Shown: one piece after another, positions 29,254-37,416 of the stretch
Position numbering within the stretch: the stretch's first letter is position 1
How the letters are laid out: the number at the start of each line of letters is the position of its first letter
Source of the DNA: an uncultured virus (IMG/VR IMGVR_UViG_3300011815_000001)
Taxonomy: Duplodnaviria > Heunggongvirae > Uroviricota > Caudoviricetes
Reading direction: 5' to 3' (one strand)
Length of the DNA: 64,000 bases
IMG/VR virus record: IMGVR_UViG_3300011815_000001
Made by a program: the position numbers and the translations under genes
The notes under the pieces: model-generated
What the model was told of the DNA's origin: nothing
The model's input: the letters and a program-made list of their open reading frames with translations, nothing else
Database searches by the model: none

Positions 29254-29370
29254 CTACTTACTCTTCTTAGTATCCTTCGATTTGGTCACTAAGCCATATT
29301 TAGTAGTAGTCTTCTTCATCCCACTAGCAACTTTACGTAGCCCTTCATTATTAACCTTCTTCGTAGACAT
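29254..29370 (-). CDS. 38 aa lysine-rich peptide, antisense orientation
   Basis: RBS AAGGGAG; MSTKKVNNEGLRKVASGMKKTTTKYGLVTKSKDTKKSK. Confidence 0.45.
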   Translation of the reverse strand: MSTKKVNNEGLRKVASGMKKTTTKYGLVTKSKDTKKSK

Positions 29371-29518
29371 TACATAAAACTCCCTTGCTGAATTAGTACA
29401 ATTACTATCTCCAAATAAACAAGGAAGTATACGCATATTAATGAATGCTGTCGAATAGTGTGATAAAACACGGGACACTGTACGAAAAGACACATTAATT
29501 CATAAGGAGTGTAGATTA

Positions 29519-30091
29519 ATGAAAAAACGTGAAGTAAAACCTTTTGTGGACACTGTAATTAAAGACACAATCAATAAGATTTCCTTTGTAACAGGATGTA
29601 GCGTCAAAAGTATTTGTGAGGATTTTTGCTCTCATGCTTTTACATCTGGATTAGGGAATGAGCTGTCAGCTTATTTTAAAAGGGATTTGGATATTGACGG
29701 TAAGTTATTTGAGGCTAATGACATCGGATTTAAATTTGATCCTTTTACGAAAGATATAGAAAGGATTTCAATGACGCTTAACAATACAAATTATGACTAC
29801 GCATACCGCTTGGCTTATGCAATGGAGTGTTCTGTTGCAAAAGTGGTTGCTTATGCGTTAGGTAAGAGTATCAATGACTTCGACTTTTTAAATAAATATA
29901 TAGAAGAAATTTTAAGGAAAAATGTTGACGAGAAAAGAAGGAACTTATTACTGGATGTTGTGAAGGATGTAAACAATTCAAATTATGAAGAGGAATATTC
30001 TATCGCTTCAATAGTACTGTACATTGCAGACGAGTATAGAAGATTTGATGACGGAATTAACAGTGTCTTAAAAGACGCTTACTGTATATAA
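29519..30091 (+). CDS. Putative tandem ribbon-helix-helix DNA-binding protein
   Basis: Two strand-helix-helix-like units (REVKPFV..., ERISMTL...); RBS AAGGAG. Confidence 0.55.
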   Translation: MKKREVKPFVDTVIKDTINKISFVTGCSVKSICEDFCSHAFTSGLGNELSAYFKRDLDIDGKLFEANDIGFKFDPFTKDIERISMTLNNTNYDYAYRLAYAMECSVAKVVAYALGKSINDFDFLNKYIEEILRKNVDEKRRNLLLDVVKDVNNSNYEEEYSIASIVLYIADEYRRFDDGINSVLKDAYCI

Positions 30092-30122
30092 ACATCATTA
30101 AATAAAAAGGGAGAATGATTAA

Positions 30123-30296
30123 ATGGACATCATGAATATGCACGATAATAAAAGTGTAATTGTTTGGACATTACCAGAACCGATTGAGTCTGAAAAGACA
30201 GTGGAATTAATTACAAAGAAAGAACAGACAATTTTCAATGAGTTCATGTTAACTTGCGCTACTGCAATTGTACCTGTTATCACTTTGATTTTTTGA
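30123..30296 (+). CDS. 57 aa protein with C-terminal hydrophobic anchor
   Basis: Not in the ORF track. RBS AAGGGAG; MDIMNMHDNKSVIVW...TAIVPVITLIF*. Confidence 0.5.
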   Translation: MDIMNMHDNKSVIVWTLPEPIESEKTVELITKKEQTIFNEFMLTCATAIVPVITLIF

Positions 30297-30315
30297 GGAA
30301 ATCTGAAGCCAAATT

Positions 30316-30473
30316 TCATTATTCCCTCATTGTTCCCAACAGCTCATTATTCCCATTATTCCCTTGGGAACAAAGCAAAAACGCTGTAAAAATGGGGATT
30401 TCACTATATGTATTTTTCGGGAAATATGGGAATAATGAGTTTAAATATTAGACGTAAATGACATGGGAATGAG
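30316..30473. repeat. Polar array of (T)CATTRTTCCC repeats
   Basis: Direct copies at 30316, 30327, 30344 and 30354; perfect inverted copy at 30428-30438; degenerate inverted copies at 30366, 30419 and 30465. Confidence 0.8.
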
Positions 30474-30580
30474 GTCAGAATAGACCATCATTTTTAACCG
30501 AAAATCATGCGATTTTTAAAATCGCCTCATGTAAAATGTGTAGGCTAAAACTGGAGATAAAATGAAAGGGTGGGTAAATC

Positions 30581-31138
30581 ATGAACTATCCAATTACTTC
30601 TAAATTTATGGACTTCGAAAGTTTCCGAAAAGTTCCACATAAAGGAATCGATTTTGCAATGGAAAAATCAACTCCATTAAGAGCGATTGTTGACGGAAAA
30701 ATTCAGGTTATTGATTATGGTAATTTAAAAGCAGGAAAAACTGTTGTAATAAAGGGGTCAGATGGAATGACTTATATCTATGGTCATCTTTCCGAATTTA
30801 AAGTAAGAAACGGAGATGTTGTTAAGCAAGGAGATTTGATTGGACTGTCAGGAAATTCTGGGAATGTGTATGGAAGTGGTGGAGGATATCATCTTGATTT
30901 CACAGTAAAAAACGAGCAAGGTCAGTTTATCGACCCTGCTCCGTACAGCAAATTTATACAAAATATGAACGACCCAAAATACATCAAGTCTTTAACAGAT
31001 ACGGCACGAAACGCAACTGAGGTTAATCTAGATAACGTGATGCAACAATTTAGTGATGGATTATCCAATATTAATTTCAACTTTTTTAATGAAGGAACAG
31101 CGAACATGATTTCAATGTTGCTTAGATTTTTTACTTAG
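30581..31138 (+). CDS. M23 family peptidase
   Basis: HKGIDF, YGHLS and GNSG motifs; the HxH motif appears as HLD. Confidence 0.85.
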   Translation: MNYPITSKFMDFESFRKVPHKGIDFAMEKSTPLRAIVDGKIQVIDYGNLKAGKTVVIKGSDGMTYIYGHLSEFKVRNGDVVKQGDLIGLSGNSGNVYGSGGGYHLDFTVKNEQGQFIDPAPYSKFIQNMNDPKYIKSLTDTARNATEVNLDNVMQQFSDGLSNINFNFFNEGTANMISMLLRFFT

Positions 31139-31305
31139 TCAATTACTCGGAATTCATATAGAGCTTCCAAAATTAAATGTAATTCTTTCTTGGAAATATT
31201 TACATCTTTCTTACGTCGAATCGTATCAAGTACCAACTCTTCAACGTTTTCTAACTGTCGCTCGTATCTTGGGATTGGGCAATCATTTAATACGCCTAGA
31301 AACAC
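31135..31305 (-). CDS. Small hypothetical protein (56 aa)
   Basis: Strong RBS AAGGAGG before GTG 31305. Confidence 0.55.
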   Translation of the reverse strand: MFLGVLNDCPIPRYERQLENVEELVLDTIRRKKDVNISKKELHLILEALYEFRVID

Positions 31306-31374
31306 TGCAATCAACCTCCTTGAGTTATTTGTAGTGTAACCATATTGAACGTAATTATACAAAGGAGATGAAAA

Positions 31375-31584
31375 ATGTTAGGTGCTTTTACTGTATTGGC
31401 TGGTGTTGGAGTTGTCTGTGCAAGTGGTGTAGCTATTTCTTCGGCTTTTAGATTTTTCCTTACTTACGAGTATGACTTGACTGCAAAAATTAAGGAGTCA
31501 AAAAAGAATGAAACTAAAAGAACGATTGGAGGAGAAGAACATGCAAAGCACATTGAAAATTTATCAAAAAGAATTAAGCAATAA
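31375..31584 (+). CDS. Small membrane protein
   Basis: RBS AAAGGAG; N-terminal TM segment. Confidence 0.65.
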   Translation: MLGAFTVLAGVGVVCASGVAISSAFRFFLTYEYDLTAKIKESKKNETKRTIGGEEHAKHIENLSKRIKQ

Positions 31585-32173
31585 CTCTTCTATTCCATTT
31601 GAGTTAAAAGAAACCTATACATCAACTCGAATAAAAACAAATGTAACTAAACAAAAACTGAATATTGATGACAAAGTTAATGGGGTGCTTTTTCTAGCGG
31701 AAACTCTGAAAGAGGAGGTATTACAAGGATCACTCATACAAAAGAAGAAAAATGCAAAACAATTAAAAAAACTACTAATACAGTTTGTAACAATTTCATT
31801 GATGACTGGTGTGGGAATGAGCTTCGGGATACTTACAGCAGAACCACTTACAGCTTCGGCAAACAGCTTTATGACAACTACAACAGCGAACACACCGACT
31901 ACAGTAGAAATAACTCCAGATTCAATAATGGATTGGGCATTGAAAATTGCACTATTGATAGTAGCAGTGGGAGTGGGACTGTCGATGTCGATGTTCGCAA
32001 TTGTGGGGATATATCTGATGTTAACTCGAAAACGGAGAGAGAGTATAGAATGGAATGCCGACATAATAAAAGGCGTGGTTCAAGTTTTGGTAAGTATACC
32101 TCTAATTTACAGTTTGTTCCAATTATCTCAACTAGTATTCAAAAATTTACCTTTCTTAGAGGGGCTAATGTAA
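31541..32173 (+). CDS. Membrane protein with VirB2/TrbC pilin-like C-terminal half
   Basis: Internal signal-like segment ending ASA, then two TM helices separated by a basic loop (RKRRESIEW..IIKG). Confidence 0.5.
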   Translation: MQSTLKIYQKELSNNSSIPFELKETYTSTRIKTNVTKQKLNIDDKVNGVLFLAETLKEEVLQGSLIQKKKNAKQLKKLLIQFVTISLMTGVGMSFGILTAEPLTASANSFMTTTTANTPTTVEITPDSIMDWALKIALLIVAVGVGLSMSMFAIVGIYLMLTRKRRESIEWNADIIKGVVQVLVSIPLIYSLFQLSQLVFKNLPFLEGLM

Positions 32174-33243
32174 AACTTGCGACGATTCCATTTGCCGCAA
32201 TGACAACTACTTTCCTTTTAGGAACACCTGATGTAGATGCCGCAGGCTTTAGTTTAGATAATTTAAATCCTTTGAAACCTATAGTAGATGATTGGCAAGC
32301 GGTTAAAGGGTGGTTTAAAAATCTTCCACATAATATTGCAGAATGGTCAATTGAATTAATGACAAAAATTTATGAGTTAGCTACTTCATTAATACTTAAA
32401 ACTCCACTATGGTTATTTGATAATGATTGGTTTAAAAATACAACATATAAGTTTAGCTTAATATCTATTGGTGTAGTTTCAGTGCTCACTTCAGTTGAGG
32501 GTATCAAAAGAATGCTTCCTAAAAAGGGAGGCAAGAAGCCTATGGAATTAAAGGATATTGCGAAACGTTGGTTTATAGTTTCAGGACTAATGACAGCTAC
32601 TCCTTTCTTATTTCAGAAAGCATTCCAAGGATTAAACTGGGTATCTGAGACTCTCATATCAATGGGCGCAGACACGATGCGAGACAACGCATTACCTGAA
32701 AATATTAAACCCATAGACGTTGCGATTTTAATCCTTTTTGATGCTCTCTTAATAACTACAATAATACCTATACTATGGAAGAATGGACGAAAATTTTTTG
32801 ACCTCCTCGTATTGGGCGCGATTTCTCCATTTGCACTCACTGCCTTCATATTTGACTCATATAGAGGATTGTTTAAGCAATGGGTGAGCAACTTGATTCA
32901 TCTTTCAATGACCCAAGTATATCACGCCTTATTCTTATTAGTTCTGGGTTGGTTTATTTTCGGAGTACCTACTCCATCTGATCCTATTGGTATGATGGTA
33001 AAAATGTTAGTGACAATTGGGGGCTTCAGTAGATTACAAAATCCTCCAAGACTAATTTCTAAACACTTGGATAACGGAGCAGGGTTTGATGAAATAACTG
33101 ATGGAATCAAAAAGACGAAAGACAACACTAAGCGAAACATTGAGTTTACAAAAGGTTTACTAACTAAAAATCCAAAGAAAGTGTTTGATGCGTTGTCTAA
33201 GGATAGATTTTCTTCATCAAAAATACTTCCTGTTAAGAAATAG
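32170..33243 (+). CDS. Polytopic membrane protein, VirB6/TrbL-like
   Basis: Signal peptide, 5-6 TM segments and the motif LLVLGAISPFALTAFIF...FKQW. Start is unclear: GTA at 32170 after the RBS, first ATG at 32200. Confidence 0.6.
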   Translation, partial: VKLATIPFAAMTTTFLLGTPDVDAAGFSLDNLNPLKPIVDDWQAVKGWFKNLPHNIAEWSIELMTKIYELATSLILKTPLWLFDNDWFKNTTYKFSLISIGVVSVLTSVEGIKRMLPKKGGKKPMELKDIAKRWFIVSGLMTATPFLFQKAFQGLNWVSETLISMGADTMRDNALPENIKPIDVAILILFDALLITTIIPILWKNGRKFFDLLVLGAISPFALTAFIFDSYRGLFKQWVSNLIHLSMTQVYHALFLLVLGWFIFGVPTPSDPIGMMVKMLVTIGGFSRLQNPPRLISKHLDNGAGFDEITDGIKKTKDNTKRNIEFTKGLLTKNPKKVFDALSKDRFSSSKILPVKK

Positions 33244-33268
33244 GAAGAAGCGAATGAGGTGTGTTTAA

Positions 33269-35608
33269 GTGAGAAATTTCAAATTTCATAACCTAACAAA
33301 CTTATACACTAAAACGAATCCAAGTAAAATAGCCAATGACTTCAAAAGGGTACTTGAGCAATCTAGAAATGGTATCTGTGGAATTGAAATTAAATCGAAT
33401 AGGGGAGGAACTGATTTTACATTGGTTTCTCCTTCTTTTTTAAAACAGAATGGAATCATCAGAGGCTCAAATAAAAATCATTTATCAGAGGATAACGTAT
33501 TTTTAGAAGGATATTTATCCGAACCATTCTTCTTACCGCTTTGTACAGTTTTAGATGGAGAATTTATTGAGCGAATACAGTCTCTTTCGTTTATTCTGAA
33601 AGACAATGAAACTATATTTATTCAATGGCTATTCAAAAGAACATCCAATTACCAAGAGAAGGCTATTCAAATGTATTCTAGCTATATCCTGCTAGGGAAT
33701 GATTATCCTTTAACACTTAATATTGGTCGGAAGTTTCAGGAAAAGGTGATAAATCTAACGAATAAATTGGGAAGAGTTGCAGAAGTGAGAGATTATATAG
33801 AGGAAGCGGAAAAGAAGATTGTTAGTGAGGGGTATTGTTTTAAACTTATTGTAGCGATGAATTGCTCATTAGGCAGACAAGATTATATTAGAAATAGGTT
33901 GGAAGGTATATTCAATCAGTACACTTATTATAATGGAATTAAATTTGCAGAAGTAAAAGGTAAAAATTTAATTCAGCAAATAGATGATTGTATTATGACT
34001 CATGATACTAAATATCAAATTTTATCGAAAAGGGAAATATTGTCGCTGATTGGAGGGAATGATTTTGATGAAGTAGAAGAAGCTGAAATGGAGGTTGTAG
34101 ATGAGGGAGGTAGGATATCAGGTAAATCTGGTGGAAGTGGAGTAATTGTAAAAGATGCAATTGAGTTATTACCAAATTATCCGATTCAGGAAGTAGTAGA
34201 AAGAGAGGGAATATTACAGGAGATTGCAGAAGCATTGAAACGGGTGGGGGTTACATCTCAAGCGAGAGTTTATAATGGAGAAGTTACTACTGGTATACGT
34301 TTAACTTCAATTACCTGTGATATACCGAAAAATAAGAATCTAACTGACTTAACAAAGAAGCAGAAAGATATACAGGCTTCGTTGGGAGTTCAATCTCTTA
34401 GTATCGAGCAGGGCGAATTTCCTGACACTGTTAAATTTTCTATACCTAATGATAAACCATCAATTGTTGGATTACGCACGATGTTGGAACAAGATTCATT
34501 CAAGGAATTTTGTAAAGAAAATTCATTACCATTTGTAGTCGGATTAACAGAATTGAATGACCCCATTTATCTTTCGCTTGCAAAGTTGCCGCATTTGCTC
34601 GTAACTGGGACTACTGGTAGTGGGAAATCGGTATTTTTGAACAACTTAGCTACGACCCTCATGCTAATGAATTCTCCAGATGAACTATTGATGGTAATGA
34701 TTGATCCTAAAATGGTTGAATTTCAACACTTTGTAAATTTTGTGCATGTGAAGGAAGTTATCACAGACATGGATAAAGCAGAGCTCACTTTGTTATGGCT
34801 AGTAAAGGAAATGGATGATAGGTATGCTATGTTCAGTAAAGTTGGAGTGAAATCAATAACTGCATACAATGAAGCTGTTAACAGGAATGGGCTAGATAGC
34901 CAATATGAAACAATTCCATCCATTGTCTGTATCATAGATGAGCTGGGTGACTTGATGGATACTCACCCTGAAGTGGAAAATCATATCATCAGACTGGGAC
35001 AAAAAAGTAGGATGGCGGGTGTGAGTTTGATATTAGCTTCGCAACGGAGCTCATCCGACATTATTAGTTCGAGAATTAAAAGCAATGTTTTAAACGCAAT
35101 AAGTTTTAATATGGGAAGCTCCAATAACTATAGGACAATATTTGGGCATGGAATTAATGGTCTGAATCTACTTGGGAAAGGTGATGGAATCCTGAAAATT
35201 ACAGGATATCATAAGGATATGCAACGGTTCCAGAGCCCTATAATCAGTCCGATTGAGAAAGAGGAAGTTGAGGTGTATGAAAAACTAGCACATTATTTAA
35301 GGAAGAAATATAGTAAGAATAAAAGTGAAGACGAAGTAGTAGCAAAGGAAACTAAAGATGAGTTTGAGGATGAAAAATTAATTAAGCTAAAACAGGTGAT
35401 TGCAAATTCAGGTACAACTAAAACATCTGAATTAAGAAAACTGCTCAGTATAAAAAATACAACTTTAATTGATTTAATGAATGAACTGGTGGATCAAAAT
35501 TGGTTAAAGAAAGAATCAAACAGCAGAGGATATGAATTAATTGCAGATGAAGAGGAATTAAATAAATACAAATTACCCTTCCCACAGGCAGAATCGCGAG
35601 AAGGGTAA
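33269..35608 (+). CDS. FtsK/SpoIIIE-family DNA translocase lacking TM segments
   Basis: PHLLVTGTTGSGKS, IDPKMVEF, IIDELGDLM, SQR, LLGKGDG and a C-terminal winged-helix gamma-like domain. Confidence 0.9.
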   Translation: MRNFKFHNLTNLYTKTNPSKIANDFKRVLEQSRNGICGIEIKSNRGGTDFTLVSPSFLKQNGIIRGSNKNHLSEDNVFLEGYLSEPFFLPLCTVLDGEFIERIQSLSFILKDNETIFIQWLFKRTSNYQEKAIQMYSSYILLGNDYPLTLNIGRKFQEKVINLTNKLGRVAEVRDYIEEAEKKIVSEGYCFKLIVAMNCSLGRQDYIRNRLEGIFNQYTYYNGIKFAEVKGKNLIQQIDDCIMTHDTKYQILSKREILSLIGGNDFDEVEEAEMEVVDEGGRISGKSGGSGVIVKDAIELLPNYPIQEVVEREGILQEIAEALKRVGVTSQARVYNGEVTTGIRLTSITCDIPKNKNLTDLTKKQKDIQASLGVQSLSIEQGEFPDTVKFSIPNDKPSIVGLRTMLEQDSFKEFCKENSLPFVVGLTELNDPIYLSLAKLPHLLVTGTTGSGKSVFLNNLATTLMLMNSPDELLMVMIDPKMVEFQHFVNFVHVKEVITDMDKAELTLLWLVKEMDDRYAMFSKVGVKSITAYNEAVNRNGLDSQYETIPSIVCIIDELGDLMDTHPEVENHIIRLGQKSRMAGVSLILASQRSSSDIISSRIKSNVLNAISFNMGSSNNYRTIFGHGINGLNLLGKGDGILKITGYHKDMQRFQSPIISPIEKEEVEVYEKLAHYLRKKYSKNKSEDEVVAKETKDEFEDEKLIKLKQVIANSGTTKTSELRKLLSIKNTTLIDLMNELVDQNWLKKESNSRGYELIADEEELNKYKLPFPQAESREG

Positions 35609-35703
35609 GTTTCCATAGTATCATGCGGAACTGAATTAATATTACTGCCTATGGATTATAATTAGCATTATTGCCAAAAGTTACAAAGTATATTCATTAA
35701 AAC

Positions 35704-35756
35704 AAAAAAATACCCTTACGGAAAGTTTCTCTCGGTCAGAGTGTTCAGTAAGGGTA
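35704..35756 (-). terminator. Terminator-like hairpin between convergent modules
   Basis: A-run followed by TACCCTTAC...GTAAGGGTA. Confidence 0.5.
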
Positions 35757-36042
35757 AAGGATTGGATTCACAACCATATTATTTATATTGCACTATATTA
35801 GTAGAATGCAAACGGATTGTTTATAGCTTAATGAAGTAGGGGGAAGGATGTTGATGTAAGGGAATCTATAACTGGTCAACTTTAAAATGGTCATAATATT
35901 CCTTCTATTTAATTAAACTGATTAACTAGCATAATTCACACAATATGTACCAGATTTTTCAATATTGTAAATTAAAGTTTTATTGGCTTCGTCATATAAT
36001 TAGATAATTTCATTAAAACTTAATTAATATTCATGATAAAAA

Positions 36043-37377
36043 CTACGCATCTAAATACTTAATTGTGTATGTCCCAGATTTTGTAATATTATATATTAAT
36101 GTTTTTGTTGATTGGTCATACGTATAAGACCAATCACTGCGATTTGCAGGTTGTTCATGACCTTTCATCGATACCGTCATTTTTAGAAGGTCTATTTCCG
36201 CTTCTTTACCATCTAAATAATAACTGAATCGAATAAAAGTACTTTCATTTCGGATTTCGTTTAATTGTTGGGCTGTTAATGCACTGAAAGTTGTTACATC
36301 CATACCAATTGAAGCATCATTAACTACATTCCAATTTGTACCATCGTGCGCTTGCCACGTAACTTCATTATCGAAACTAATCGCCATTTTAACATTGCCG
36401 TTTGCAGTTAATTCTAATTTATCAATCGTTTCAACACCGAAAATACTTATTTCGCCATTAGGTAATACTAACTCTGGTTGTGGGATGGCTTTTAATTTTG
36501 CTTTTCTTGCTTGGACTCCATCTGTCCAATGTAAAATACGATACTGTTTACCATAAATGGATTCGAAATCTTGTAACTGTACAACGGTTATATCATCCAT
36601 ACCGAAGTCCAATAAATCCTGTACAGTCGGCTCGTTCGGTAGAATATTCAACTCACCTCTATCTCCATAGTAGATATATGACGTGTTATTTTTTAATAGT
36701 AGTTTATTAATTGTCAAAATGAGTTTATCATTATAAACTTGAAAATTATCGAGTATACCATTGAAATAATAACTTGAGTTGGTAGGGAATTTACCAAAAG
36801 TTAAATTATTAGAAGCCACTACACTTTCGGTAGAATTAGCAGTTCCTGTTGCTTTAGGTGTATTCATATCATCTACGTAAATTTTAACGCAACCGACATT
36901 TGTAGTTCCATCCCATTCTAATAGAATATCGTGGGCAATACCATTGCATATATTTATAGGTGCAACAACGTTAAATCTAACATTACCACTAATTGCTCTT
37001 GTGCTTTGCCATTGTAACGAACCGTCACTATTAATTGAGATAATATCGCCATGCTGGACAGAGCCGCCGCTATTCCCAGCTATAGTATATGCCGATGACG
37101 GTTTATTATTGGATGAAACTTTAAACTTAATAATTTTTTTACCTATCGGAAAAACGGGTGAATTAAATTGTATATAGTTGCTAGTACCATTAAAACTAAG
37201 TGCTTTTCCTGTACCATTCAAACCAGTAACTCTAGTAGCACCGAAAGTAGAGCCAACAGCATTTCCTTTGCTATCAGATACATTCCCACTAGCTTCATCA
37301 AATTTAAACCAATGAACTCCGCAATTATCCATATTCCGTTGCATTTTATATTCTTCTACTTGCTGTTGCCAAGTCAT
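36043..37377 (-). CDS. LamG/concanavalin A-like domain protein
   Basis: WFKFDE.SG..V.DS.G, ALSFNG, IYVD and FNGILDNFQVYN. Confidence 0.75.
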   Translation of the reverse strand: MTWQQQVEEYKMQRNMDNCGVHWFKFDEASGNVSDSKGNAVGSTFGATRVTGLNGTGKALSFNGTSNYIQFNSPVFPIGKKIIKFKVSSNNKPSSAYTIAGNSGGSVQHGDIISINSDGSLQWQSTRAISGNVRFNVVAPINICNGIAHDILLEWDGTTNVGCVKIYVDDMNTPKATGTANSTESVVASNNLTFGKFPTNSSYYFNGILDNFQVYNDKLILTINKLLLKNNTSYIYYGDRGELNILPNEPTVQDLLDFGMDDITVVQLQDFESIYGKQYRILHWTDGVQARKAKLKAIPQPELVLPNGEISIFGVETIDKLELTANGNVKMAISFDNEVTWQAHDGTNWNVVNDASIGMDVTTFSALTAQQLNEIRNESTFIRFSYYLDGKEAEIDLLKMTVSMKGHEQPANRSDWSYTYDQSTKTLIYNITKSGTYTIKYLDA

Positions 37378-37416
37378 TTACTCACTCCTTTACCGTCACT
37401 TCGTGTAAATTATCTA

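Noticed and set aside
31933..32169. 5' extension of the VirB6-like ORF in the ORF track
   Set aside because: Overlaps the upstream gene in another frame and lacks an RBS; the signal peptide begins near 32170.
35598..35605. SpoIIIE recognition sequence GAGAAGGG at the end of the ftsK-like gene
   Set aside because: Single occurrence within a hairpin; expected by chance.
27874..35608. Complete conjugative type IV secretion system / ICE
   Set aside because: No VirB4 ATPase or relaxase recognisable in the window; reported instead as a minimal module of unknown function.
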